Below are positions 1-12,400 of a DNA stretch of 64,000 bases, piece by piece. This DNA comes from Octopus sinensis (taxonomy: Eukaryota), in the NCBI RefSeq assembly GCF_006345805.1, contig NC_043002.1, positions 52,266,001-52,330,000 of the forward strand, written 5' to 3'. The position numbers and the translations under genes were made by a program. The notes beneath the pieces were generated by a model. It was not told where the DNA came from and made no database searches. It saw only the letters and a program-made list of their open reading frames with translations. Numbering within the stretch: position 1 is the first letter of the stretch; every line of letters starts with the position of its first letter.

Positions 1-290
1 TTTAAAAGCTGACCTTGTTTCCAAGGCGACCCGAGGCCCCTGGCATTTATATAACCTATTCTGAGCATCACCATATTAAAATAAATTTAGGATGGAGAAG
101 AGCTCTAATTATCACTGTTGTCTGGCAGGGGTGTCCCCCTGGTCTTTGTTGTGAGCGTTTCCACGAGGATTTTATACAGTCTCTAAGAGAATGTTTTTTG
201 GAATGGCCCAACAGCATTTGGAAAATTAATTTTTAATGTGTTGTAGGTGTCCTGTTTTAGTTTTAAAATTTGTATGTGTGGTGGTGGTAC
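1..290 (-). mobile_element. Tx1-clade LINE fragment (ORF1 tail plus start of ORF2 APE endonuclease)
   Basis: Minus strand from ATG at 74 reads MVMLRIGYINARGLGSPWKQGQLL, an APE N-terminus paralogous to the ORF2 start at 1177. Runs off the window edge. Confidence 0.65.
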
Positions 291-2520
291 ATAGGTCTCC
301 CTCTATCCTAGATTTCTCTAACGCTATTTCTTTACTAAAAACTATTGCCTCTGCTCTAATAGCCCTTTTCAGGGCTATCCACCAACGGCTGTTGACGATT
401 GCGCCTGCCAACTCTCGAAAGCTTGGCGCGCCAGGAAGGACGCGTTCAGCTTCCAGTATCTGGAGCCCTGTTTACAGATCCTGTCTGTTTCGACCGTACA
501 GATCACAGATTTATGGTTCGTGTATCCGACGACTTTGAAACGTGGACAACTTATACTACTTGTATCTACAGGCTTACAAAATGCTCTATCTAGATACGAT
601 CTGGAAGGCCCGATGCGGTTCTTCCATGTCCACATTGGCACATTCGGGAAATCCAGACGGTACCTGTCAGCCAACTGGAAGCAGCTGAGCAGGTCTGTGA
701 GGTTTTTACCACCTCTCCAATCAGCTAGCCCCATCCTATCCAGGCGTGCATCCAAGATGGCGTTCCAGTCTTCCACTAATATGAAAAGGCGTGACTTCTC
801 AAGGAAAACCTCCAAAAGTCTGAAGAAATATAGCTGTCCCGTCCCCGTGGGAGCGTAAACAGTGACTAGTCTAAAGGCACATTTACTGTCGCTTACGTTT
901 AGGACCACCTCCGAGTTCTGGAAGATCGTTTGAACTTCGGGTTCCAGGTCTTTCCTAAACACCACTGCCACCTCACCTTCCATTCTGGGCCGACTAAGAG
1001 ATGCATAGATCTCATAATCGTCGAAAATTGGTGCAAGATTGCGAGTGTCGGAAATCCTGGTCTCACGGCTGCTATCACATCCAAACCTAGCGACCTGAAG
1101 TTACTGTGCGAGCGACCTTGCCTTCAGGGTGACCTCAGGCCACGAACATTTATGCAGCCCACTCTGATAATCGCCATGACCGCTCGAAAGGGTTGAGGAA
1201 AAGAAAAAAAAATGAAGTTACTTACCTTCCGGGAGCTGTTGGCAGCCCGGTGACCCGGACTCTGGATGTGGTTCTTCTGGGAAACCGGTTAAAAGCCTCT
1301 ATGTTACGCGGACGCTTGGCTTTCCCGCGTCATGCAGAAAGTCCCTCTGAATTTCTTCGTATACTTTGAAGAGTAACTGTATTAACACTAAATGATCCGG
1401 AACCCGAAAGGTGCTGGTGTCATAAATTGCACACCCTTTCTCGATTTGCTTGTTTTGAGAGATATGTGTAGTTGTTGGTGCATTGGTGGATTTGGTTGAG
1501 ATAGTGATGGTTGTGAGGATGGTAGTGCTGGTGTTGTTTTCGTCGTGTCTAGGTTCGATGTCTTGGGAGTTTCTGTATTTTCGGGTGTTGACGTAGGTTC
1601 TTTTGTTTTCTGTTTCCTTTGCTTTTTCGTTTCCTTTACTTTGTAGTGTTCTTTCTCGTCTTCACTACGGGATGAGTAGTGGCTAGTGTCTGTATGGCTT
1701 GTTTCGGGGAGTGGGAATGTGTCTGTGATAGTGTGAGCATGTTTGTGTGTATATCCTTGAAAGAGGTGAAGGGGGCTGGTTTGACAGATACCCCAGGTTC
1801 ACACGCCCCTGCTGTAGTTGCGAGGGGTGAGGCTGCAGTTCTATTAAAATGTCTCTATTGTTGGGGGTGCGCTGTAGGCTGCAGATGTGGCCGCGTACCT
1901 CCCAACATTTGGGGGGAAAAGGCTCTCAGGTGGCTTGTGGCCCCACATGTCACATCTGGGCTTTCCTGCCTTCCACGACGACACGCAGGTCCACCCCGTT
2001 GTGCAACTGGATCAGGTCTACAAATTTCACGATATCCTCTGGTTTCACATGGATTAATACCTCCAAGTTGATCCTGCAGCCTGCTGCTCCTTTTTACATT
2101 CAGGAGGGACTCTGGGTCCCGTACCGCACAGGCAACGATCCACCTGACGTTTACATCTGGTAGCACGCCGTTTAATCTAGATCTCATAGTTCTCTTCGAA
2201 AGGTAGGACCCAAGCCTCAGTCCACCGGGGTGCCACTGCGTGTCTTCTCGCGAGGTCATCAGTTTTCAAGAAAACCTCAATGCTGGCAAGCTACCTCCCT
2301 CTCTGTATGTGAGCCACATCTATTGAAATTTCGCTGAGGGCTTCTCGACGTGACTGATGGGCGCCATTTCGGATCTCCTACTTGGCCGTGATACGCATTA
2401 AAAATATATGGTCTTTTTTCTTTTGCCGCTATTATTTCGGGAGGTACGAGCATTGATGCTTTACCCCCGTCAACTTTGATGATGTCTTTTGCTTTTGAAA
2501 GTTCTCGAATTTTGTCCTCG
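290..2520 (-). mobile_element. Tx1/L1-clade LINE, decayed ORF1 (zinc knuckle) plus ORF2 APE endonuclease, lacking RT and 3' end
   Basis: ORF2 starts MAIIRVGCINVRGL at 1177. ORF 375-983 has APE motifs VTVYAP, (G)DWNAILD, WTW..SYLDR, (D)HK and YWKLN.SFL. The upstream region has a frameshifted CCHC-like knuckle (..TCGATSHLRAF.P). Stops and frameshifts are present. Confidence 0.85.
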
Positions 2521-3124
2521 ACAGGAAATGTAAAGATTTCTTTCTTTGAGTCTGCTACATCAGCAAATCTCTTGTTTTTGTTATTGTTTTTGTTATTGTT
2601 TTGTTGTTGACGTCGTCGACGTTGCTGTTGTTGTTGTTGTTGTTGTTACTGCTGCTGCAGCTGTTAGTGGTGACGGTGGTGGAGTTGTGGCCACATCCGC
2701 CGTTGCCACTCCCCACACCGCCGTCACCGCCTTCAATTGTAGTATTATTTTCTCCGTTAAAATCCATTGTGCTCTGAATTGCGTTGTTGTTGCCTAACGC
2801 TACTACTTCTACTGCTACTACCGCCGCCGCCTCTGCCGCCGCCGCCGCCGCCTCTGCCGCCGCCAGTCATCCAAGATGCGTTCCGCCATCTTCTTTATTT
2901 ATATTGGATTAAAACACCCACCGATTTTATTTGGGGCCGAATATAGCCCTGCTAGGGACTAAACAAAAACAGGAACTCAATGCCAGGTCTCTAGTGTTTC
3001 TACAAACAAGCGGGAACAATGTTTAATCGAAAAAAAAAAACCGCAACAAACGAGTGTAATCAAAAGTTTTAACCAAGTCTTACTTCAGGCGTTCGAAAAT
3101 ACGTCTGTAGTGTTCAGCGGTGAA

Positions 3125-3158
<34 letters not shown>

Positions 3159-3159
3159 G

Positions 3160-3697
3160 ATAAATGGCTGAAAGAGATTGGAATAGAACGCCCTGTAGAG
3201 ATCTTTCAAAAAGTTTTTCTCTTAGGGAAAGCGAGGATTATCGGGAGGGTCTTCAAGTTCTTGAGAGACTACTGAAAACTTGTGAATACCTAAAGGTTAC
3301 AGGTAATAACCCGCTACCCACATAAGTCCTACCAGTGGCAAGATCGTACCTGAGTTAAATAATAATAATAATAATAATAATGATATTATCCAAAAATGGC
3401 AGAAGTTAAAAAAATAGTGCTCAAATCCAAAAATGGCAGAAATTAAAAAAAAATAGTGTTCATGGGAACTGCCCATATCCTACGTAAAATACTGTCTATG
3501 TAACATCAAATTTTAAAACAAACTTATAATTTTCTTGTTTCCTTAAACATTCCCTAGAACAATACTTTATGCAAAACCAAATATATGGCACTCCAGTCAT
3601 AACACCAACTTGAACATCTTACTTGTTGTCTCTTGAGGTCTCTGGGTGAGACTTGGAGTCACCATGTACAAATACAAAGCAAAAGTCAAACATGTCA
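3160..3697 (+). mobile_element. Two 3' tails of R4/Dong-like (REL endonuclease) LINEs embedded in (AAT)n
   Basis: KWLKEIGIERPVEIFQKVFLLGKARIIGRV (3160-3255) and PKMAEI..IVFMGTAHILRKILSM* (~3425-3503) match the LQK..LLGTA.ILR C-terminus of REL-type LINEs. Each is followed by a 3'UTR and (AAT)n. Confidence 0.7.
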
Positions 3698-3753
3698 TAA
3701 TAATAATAATAACAATAATAATAATAAATGTCCTGATACATAATAATGATAAT

Positions 3754-4228
3754 AAATGTCCTGATGCAGTACAAGGCAGTGGCTCTTGTGGCTTCTGATC
3801 TTAACTGATTGGAAGTGTTATCATGTACATTGTTGAGCATGTCCCTTAGTGACTGACGATATGTGCATCTCTGATCAAGTGCAGATGTAGTGGGGGAGCA
3901 TCATAGCCATGTGTTGAGAGGGATTCTTTCGGGTTTGAATAATTCACCTCTGGAAACATGGGCGTTTCGTTCAACATCATTAAACAGCCCTTATTCAGGG
4001 ACCTTTTGACTGGAATGGGTTACTCGACCAGAAGAAAAATTCGAACTGAGCCCCACCTGCAAGGTTATGTGCTGTTTATTTTGATATGAGATCACCATGT
4101 TGCACACATATGGTTTTGATGCATGTGCCTGGTGTACCCTTATCAGGCGGGTAGTCATGACGGGTATACTGGGCTCTATATATTTTACCCCAGTGTCACT
4201 TTGATGGCAAGCACTGCTCTCTCACTCA
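3754..4228 (+). mobile_element. Non-autonomous (AAT)n-associated retroelement; second copy inverted at 20136-20600
   Basis: About 390 bp is clearly similar to the reverse complement of 20136-20525. Both copies end ...gcactgctctctcactc(aat)n and are flanked by AAT arrays. Confidence 0.75.
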
Positions 4229-4258
4229 ATAATAATAATAATAATAATAATAATATAT

Positions 4259-4350
4259 ATGGAGTTAAACGCAGTTGTTATTCAAATCTTTATACTTCGA
4301 AACATATGTCGGAAGTATATAGATTTGAATAACAGCTGCGTTAACTCCAT
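4259..4350 (+). repeat. ~92-nt near-perfect inverted repeat with a hammerhead 3'-half remnant at its apex
   Basis: atggagttaaacgcagttgttattcaaatctttatacttc pairs with gaagtatatagatttgaataacagctgcgttaactccat (about 3 differences). The apex contains GAAACATATGTC. Confidence 0.85.
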
Positions 4351-4459
4351 TTATTTATTCATATATGTTATAAGTAGGCTGTAAAATCCTTAGCATTTAT
4401 GTGGATTTTTGCTACCCTGGTAACTATTTATTAATTTTTTCAGTGTTATTTGTACACAT

Positions 4460-4491
<32 letters not shown>

Positions 4492-5689
4492 TATTCACAG
4501 ACACAATCTAAGGTTTTGTATACAAAATTGTTTTTGTTTTAATTAAATAACTTTCCCCGTTAGATATTCTTATATATATATGTGCGTGTGTGCATATATA
4601 TATATATAGATGTTTGTCTGTGTTCACACACACACATATAAATACATGCATATACACACATACCTGCATACACACATACACACACACGCACACACACACA
4701 CACACACATATATATATACGCACACGTATATATACATATATATACATTTATATATATATGTGTGTGTGCGTATGTGTGTGTGAACACACACACACACACA
4801 CATATATATACATGCATATACACACATACCTGCATACACACATACGCACACATAAATCTTTTCTTATCTTACATAACCCTTTTCTTCATCTGCTTTTCTT
4901 GTTCTTTCTATCTATCTTCCTTTCTAACTTACCTCGCTTAACAGTATTGAAATTTAAAGAAATAAAGAAAAATACCATATACGAAAACAATTTTCATTGT
5001 AATTCAGTATTTTCTGATGCTTTTGTTAGACCAGTGTTCCTTTTGATAGGCAGTCGAATAGGCCAGCGCCAGTAACCCTCGTTAAACCTTCGGCAGTGGT
5101 ATTCAGAGGGAGGTGAAGTTTAATTTGAATTTTCAGCACTTACTGAAATAACTTTTAGCACCCGCTGGAAGTGCTAAAAACCTAATTGTAAATCAATATG
5201 ATTAACTTGACAGAGAAGGTCAAGATTTGGGATGTTTGTCGGCGAGGGCTTATGCATACACACGCAGAACAACCACACACGCAAAAACAGACAGAAACGT
5301 GTGCGCGCACATACTCTCTCCCACTCACTCACTAGCAAAGAAACATAGGCAAATGCAAGCTTTGTTTAGTTTTTTAATAAATGCCATCGTAAAAGGTATG
5401 TGGCCTAGCGGTTATGTTCATAACATTCCACGTTCATTTTCGATAATCCGGACGGCGCATTGTATCTTTGAGGAAGATACTTCATTTTCCCGTTGCTCCA
5501 CTCCACTCTCTCCATCCATCCGTCCACTCTCTCCATCTGCCACAACATCCTGCATTTCCCACTTTGTAAAATTTAGGGAGGTCAAAAGGGTCAGCGAGTC
5601 TGCTCTCAATCACATAAGAACTTAAAAGACGAAGCGAAAGCATGGTATATGTGACGAAACTATGCTATGTTGTACAGTAATTGTTGTAC

Positions 5690-7860
5690 AGGCAGGCAAT
5701 GTTGTACAGTAATTGTTTACGTTGGAGGAAAGAACTATACCACTAGACTTCACAGCCATTTCCTTACTCAAGACCAGAAAGATTGATGTATTTGATGGTT
5801 AAACTGATGGTGGCAAGAAAATTAGAGAAAGGGAGGGGTAAAATTCTGGTAACAACGCTCTAGGTTTGAAGAGCTTGCTGAAGAGTTTAATGCGGAGAGA
5901 GCACAAAATAGGTGACGAAAGAAGTGAATTAGTTGAGAGGACCTGAATTGAGGTGGCATGAAGCAAGCAATAACCAATGTACAGAAGCCAGTGTAGTGGT
6001 GGTGGAAAAAGAAAAAATGAGTCTACAGACTCTTGGTGTGCGACTTCACTCTTATCAACCGTTTCTATTTTGAAGCAGCCAATGGTGTCTGTGTTTGTGA
6101 TAATAACACTGTCTCAGATGTGTTAGATGTACTCTATTGTGGGCATATATTCCGCTTCATTTAAAGTTTGTCGGCCGCTGAAAAGTGCCAGTTATGGTGC
6201 AGTCTTTGCTGCCTTTTTAACTTGTGCTTATTTCAGTCATTGGACTGCGGCCATGCCAGGGCACCACATTGAAGAGTTAGTTTAGTCGAACAGATAAACT
6301 CCAGTTCTTCTACCTCATGAAGTCTGGCACTTATTCTATCGGCCTCTTTTATCGAACAACTATGTTACGGGGACGTAAGCTAATAAATGCACCGGTTGGC
6401 AAGTAATGGGGTGTGTTTGGAGGGCAAACAGAAAAACACGCGCACAAATGCACATGCATACACATATAAAAACACGACGAAGTTCCGCACAACTTCCGTT
6501 TTCCAAATTCACTTACAAGGTTTTGGTCTTCTTGGAGCTATAGTAGAAGACACTTACCCAAGGTGCCGTACAGTAGCACCCAAGGGAATTCTCTCAGCTC
6601 ATTACGTTCTGAATTCAAATTCCGCCGAGGTTGAGTTTGCCTTTCATCTTTTGGGGTCAATAAAATAAGTGTCAGTTGAACACAGAGGTCGATGTATTTG
6701 TCTAACCCTTCTCTTAAAGTTGCTGGCTCTGAGCCAAGATTTGAAACTGATATGAAAGCTGTTGGTAAAGACGAGATTGCCATGATTCTATTGGAGAATG
6801 CTTCCAAAACCTCTGTTCTTTGAATGATTGAAATTTTGGTATGCGTTGTCTACATGTAATGCAGATGAGGTGTGAGTGAGGAACGTTAGGAGAAATGAAA
6901 AGCGATATAATCGAAAGACAGGAATAGGCGTTGACAACGAGTAGGACGTTAAAGTATAGGCGGACGCATGCGGAGAGAAAACCAAACTTTAGAGAAAAGC
7001 AGAGTTGATAGGGTGTGTGTGTGTATGTATGGGTGAGAAAGAGAGAGGGAGTAGTGAGATGGGGAGGGAGAGAAGGAGTGAGAGAGTGAGAGGTGTGAGA
7101 AAGTGAGAGGTGTGAGAAAGTGAGAGGTGTGAGAAAGTGAGAGAGAAAGAGAGTGAGGGAAGGAGAAAGAAAGAAAGAGAGAGCGGGAAGGGGAAAACGA
7201 AGAAAGGATTGAGAAAAGGAGAGAGAAAGGGAGCGTGGGAAGGAGAGAGAGAAAAGGCAAAGGAGAGAGAGAGAGAGAGAGAGAGAGAGTAAAGAAGGGG
7301 GAAAAAGAGAGAGGAGAGAGATTGAACTCCATCAACATCCGCTGAGACGTACAATGTAGGGGGAAGATTCTGACCTAGGAGATGAGAGACGAAGGTCAGG
7401 AGATTTATCATCGATATTTGCGTGTTAGGCATGGTCGATATTAGGGTAATATAATTGTCACCGAATTCTTCAAGGGTTAGGGTTAGGGTCAGAAGCGAAA
7501 AATCTCCAGCAGAACTGGCCTTACAAACACCATGCTGATGATCATTAAGAAAGGAGATGGATTCAAGGTGTTGGGATGTTTTTTAATGATAGTCAAGTGA
7601 CGACTTGATAATATGCACCATGCTTTCGCTAATTGTTTGAGGCTCCCTAAGGTTGCGAGCAAACTTACACACCTTCTCGGTCCCTTCTTGTACGAGTGAG
7701 GCATTTAGGATGTGACCAGTGGAGGAAGAAAGAGTTGCATCATCAACTGGCTGTTACTTATTTGCATTTGAGTGTGACGGCGAATCATGAAATCATCATA
7801 AACCCCCAACTGAGAGGTTTATTCGAATTTTCATGACACAGTGAACCTTGCTAAAGGTTA
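5690..7860 (-). mobile_element. Highly decayed CR1/Jockey-like LINE interrupted by SINEs (6230-6750) and a GA tract (7000-7330)
   Basis: Minus-strand remnants HLESISFLNDHQHGVCKASSAGD (RT domain-2-like QYGFR..RST.D), YKKGP, and SILQ*NHGNLVF (post-ADD region). Many stops. Confidence 0.5.
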
Positions 7861-9694
7861 ATTTGGCTCAGATGCTTGCAGGAATGATGTCTTTTTTTTT
7901 ATTACACACAAACAAAAGATAAACATAAATGGAACATCAAAGTAGTCGGTTGACCTACTAGAGGTTATCGGACTACATGGACACTTATAAAAAGAAAAAC
8001 ATATGTACGTATGCATACATATATTGATGAGTGTGTGTACGTGTGTGTATGAATGTGTGTGTATGCATCTTCGTCTTTATCTCTCACTTTGTGAGTGACC
8101 CATATTCTGTATACCACCCTCTTTCATTATTTCATAGAAAGGAAGTATGATTTGTTATAATTTAGCTGCTATTTCTTGCATCCCTGTGTGTGTGTTTGTA
8201 TGTTTTTGCATTCACATACATACATACATAACATTGAATGACGTACCTATAAATGGAAACTAAAATACTAAATAGCCACACTTTATTACTGATAGTACCG
8301 CTAAACATGCATTTACGCCATCTCTTTTTTTAACAGTTTAGTATTTACCTGATGAAAAAATATGCATTTATAAAGTGGCATGTTTCAGGTAAATTTTTGA
8401 GCGATAATGAAAACCGGCAATGATTAATTGAAATGAAATAGACATGAGTTCCAGAAGGCATGACGCTCTAACCAGAATTAAATATAATATGAAGTTCTTA
8501 GAAGACCACTAAGAATGTTGTTCGCTAGGTAGTGTGTCTTTGTATGTGTTTTAGTTTCCTGTTCCGGTAAACCACATCTACATGTATATCAATAGATGAA
8601 TGTAGACAGAACAACTGACCGTTGGAGTCTCACTAATAACGAACACAGCGTACATCGGTATGTTATTTAATATTGCTGTAAATGGACAATGTAACCAATG
8701 GCAAGCAATCAGTATTTACTTAATACACAAGAGATTCTGCAATAAAGTATGACCATTATTTGTGTTGATCCAAATCACCACTATCTTGCTATTGCTGTCC
8801 CTCTCTATCGATGTTCCTGTATTCATATGTGCCTCTCATTGTCTATCTCTCTTAATTCCAGTATTCCAGAGAGAAAGAGAAAGACACGATAGAAAAATTA
8901 AAAGACACTGAAAAAGGAAAAACAAAGTTTGACATCATTTATATGCACCACTGCCATTATCATGATCGCTCTCTTCCTCTTCCTGTTTCATGATGTGTGT
9001 CTCTTGTTCATTCTTTAGTGCTCTCTGCTCAACGATGCTAAAGAGTGACAAAAGGAGAGAAAGAATAACAGGTAGATCAAAGGGAGACTGAAAAAGAAAA
9101 CTGAGAGTTTGACGTCACATAAACGTATTGGCACCATCGTCATCGCTCGCATTCGTCTTTATCTTTTTCTTCTTGTGTGATTCATATTCTGTATACTACC
9201 TTATACTGCCCTTATCTTAGAGTGAGTATGATTTGAGGGAATTTACCTGCTATTTCTAGCAGGTTGAGTGATTGTGTTATTTAATGGTTTGTATGTAAGT
9301 GTACATAAGGCATTTAACTAGCAAGCTCATTACATACCACACACCCACCCACACACCCACACACCCACATACAGAGCCAAATTAATTAATATAAACAGCC
9401 ATATGCAATGAGTTACCATAAAAGAAAACTATATCTGTCACTAGCTCTAACATTTAGCAATGTAGGTATTCTAACACCCTTAGTCGCATTTAGTGACAAT
9501 TATAGTTTATGTGTGTGAGTGTGTGTGTTCATCACAAAACCTACTGTGTAGAGATTTTTAACGTAAATTTGTTTTTTCATGTCAGGGAAAGAAGGTAGCT
9601 CCCGTATCAAAAATAGTAGGTGCTCTGATAGTAACAGGAGGTAAGAAGGAAGTAAATTTTCGAACGAGGGGCATAACTCAAGTGCCTGAAACTG

Positions 9695-9763
9695 AGGACA
9701 CGACTAAAGGACACAACTAAAGGACACAACTAAAGGACACAACTAAAGGACACAACTAAAGGA
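9695..9763 (+). repeat. 13-bp minisatellite (CTAAAGGACACAA) x ~5
   Basis: Directly visible tandem copies. Confidence 0.9.
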
Positions 9764-10039
9764 ACCTAATGAAAATTTAGGTCTAATATGTCTTCCCTTA
9801 GACCGCAAAATGCTTATTTGGGAGAAGCCAAAACTTCATTTTGAACAAGTCAGACGAATACATAAGCTGCTCTTTCACAGACTTCCTTTTGTAAATACAA
9901 TATTTTCTCAATTATTACATTGTTTCTCTTTTCATTCTTCAAATTTCCGTTAACCGGCAAGGATTAATATTATTTATTACAGTGTTTTACAATTATCGTA
10001 TGTTACTATAATAAGCGAGTTAGTGTTAATGAAGTGATT

Positions 10040-10749
10040 TCAAATGTTGGCACTAGGCCAGCAATTTCGCGTTTTGTGATGAACACACTCCCCACACACA
10101 TACACGCACTCGATTACATCAACACCAATGCTTAATTTGTACGTATTTTATCAAACCCGAAAGGCAAAGTTTTTCTTTCAATCTCGGCGGAATTTGGACC
10201 TAGTACGTAAAGACGACCGAAATATCGTTAAGCATTTCGCCCAGCGTGCCAGTTCGCAGTATTTAAAGTGAGAACGTAAAAACGGACACTTTTTACCGGC
10301 GCGCTAACGATTCTGCCAGCTCACTTTAGCTATTGGTTTAAAATTTTGGCAAAAGGTCATCAGTTTTGGAGGTGGGTCTAAGTCGATTAAATCGACCCCA
10401 TTACTCAACCGGTACTTATTTTATCGACCCCGAAAGATAAAGTTGATCCCGGTGGAATTTAATCTTAGAATGTAAAGACATGAAATATTTTCTCCAAGAG
10501 GCACAAGGCCTGAAATTTTGGGGGAGGGGCTAGTCAATAATATCGTCTCCAGTGCGTAACTGATACTTTTTTCTTCGACCCCGGAATTTGAACTCAGAGC
10601 GTAAAGACCGACGAAATAACGCAAAGCATTTCACCCAGCGTGCTAACGATTTTGTCAGTTCGCAGGATTTGAACTCAGAACGTAAAGACGGACGAAATGC
10701 CATTAAGCATTTTTTCCGGCGAGTTAACGGTTCTGCCAGCTCGACGCCT
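10040..10749 (-). mobile_element. Cluster of family-A tRNA-derived SINE fragments
   Basis: Repeated ttatcgaccccgaaag...ggaatttgaactcagaacgtaaagacggacgaaat...ctaacgattctgccagctcg, the reverse complement of the family-A unit at 14229. Confidence 0.8.
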
Positions 10750-10763
10750 TAGTGTCAATATTG

Positions 10764-11068
10764 TTGTTGTTTGTTCTTTCTCGAGCCATGCTTGGCTCAT
10801 AAGGGCCAGTTTCCCGGTTTCACTGGCGTAGGCTACTCACCTGGACGGGACGGCGGTCCATCGCAGGTGAGCTGCTAGATGCAGGAGGAAAGAGTGAAAG
10901 AAAACTGTGGCGAAAGATTCAGCAAAAGTTCGCAATTACCTTCTGCTGGAGCCGCGTGGAGCTTAGGTGTTTCGCTTATAAACATACACTTCGCCCGGTC
11001 TGAGATTCGAACCCGCGATCCCTCGATCGCGTGTCCGCTGCTCTAACCACTCGGCCGTGTGCCTCCAC
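10764..11068 (-). mobile_element. Family-D tRNA-derived SINE with V-domain-like core
   Basis: Minus 5' end has A box (cggccgagtgg) and B box (ggttcgaatc). Internal ctgcgatggaccgccgtcccgtccaggtg; (AAC)n tail; likely TSD tagtgtcaatat/tagtgttaatat. Confidence 0.8.
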
Positions 11069-11486
11069 TAGTGTTAATATATTGGTTTAAAATTTTGGTG
11101 CAAGGCCAGTAGTTTTGGAGGAAGGAGTTAAATCAATTAAATCGACCCCAGTACTCAACTGGTACTTATTTTATCGACCCCGGCGGAATTGAAACTTAGA
11201 GTGTGAAGATGGAATGTTAATATTTTTTGTTCTTTTATACGTTTTAGGCCAAAGCCTGTGGCCATGCTGGAGCACCGCCTGTAATATTCTTTTGTAATAA
11301 TATTATATTAAATGGTTTACATTATATATTTAAGTGTATGTGTATATACATATATACATGCGTGTATACATTTTGTTATGCAGGAAAATTACGAGGAATA
11401 TTACTTAATGTATATAAAAGCGTTCACTCTAAATAACATTTACTCGTAGGTTCTCTGAGGTTCAACGTTTCAGTTTTCTTACTGGG

Positions 11487-11517
<31 letters not shown>

Positions 11518-11521
11518 ATAT

Positions 11522-11557
<36 letters not shown>

Positions 11558-11558
<1 letters not shown>

Positions 11559-11740
11559 CGGGGCTGTTGAAAAGTTCCTGGATTTGGGTAAAAGAAAATA
11601 CAGGAGGATTAGTTATTTATGATTTTATGCAGCATATTCCCCTCTCAGAGTCACACACTCATCGCAGCGATCCTTCAGATTTCTAAGCCCTATGAAAGAA
11701 CTTGGAAGGTTGAGCCTCCAGACAGGCCTTCGTGATACCT
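11558..11740 (-). mobile_element. Mariner terminal fragment in (TA)n
   Basis: TAcggggctgttgaaaagttcctgg resembles the TIR at 56061 and is followed by a similar subterminal segment (cacacac...cagcgatccttcag). Confidence 0.6.
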
Positions 11741-11768
11741 ATCAGCACCACCACCCATTATATATATA

Positions 11769-11844
<76 letters not shown>

Positions 11845-12400
11845 TATATATATGTGTGTGTATATATATGTGTATATATATAGGAATAAATGTTTTTTTT
11901 CTTAACTCCTAACTGGAAGTCGAGAAAGTAATGCATATTCTTTAAATGATTCTAATGCACTGGGACAACCGGAGTACATCACTGTACTTTTGCTTCGGTA
12001 TTCTCCTTCACTAATTCGGCTTCTACAAGAAAGTCTATATCTTGTAGATGAAGTCATATCAGTGCCAATGCGTATCCGGAATTATCTCATGCACTGACCC
12101 AAATTACCAAAATACTATTCATCAAGGACAAATAAGGAGCTTTTTCCTTCACAGCACAATTACTTCTAGATTGTTTGTTAAATATTTTAATATATTGGTT
12201 CCAAATTTTGGCACAAGGCCGGCAATTTCGGTGGGGGAGGTAAATCGATTACATCAACCCCATTGCCCAACTTATATTTATTTCATCGACCCCGAAAAGA
12301 TGAAACACGAAGTTGACCTCAGCGAAATTTGAACTCATAATGTAAGGACGGACGAAATGTCGTTATGCATTTTGCCCGGTGTGCTAACGATTCTGACAGA

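Noticed and set aside
1184-1230. Perfect AG|GTAAGT donor on the minus strand between Tx1 ORF1 and ORF2
   Set aside because: The implied intron would be only ~40 nt; the motif probably just overlaps the ORF1 stop.
2546-2870. Poly-Asn/Val/Ala ORFs and a GCC-rich tract that could suggest a transcription factor exon or CpG island
   Set aside because: Pure trinucleotide repeats with no domain or convincing splice context.
4460-4860. Long ORFs of YI/HT/CV/LSIY/MYVC type here and throughout (e.g. 15738-16105, 36392-36936, 43754-44162, 47538-47892, 59773-61337)
   Set aside because: Translations of (TA)n, (CA)n, (TATG)n and (TATC)n microsatellites; no coding signal.
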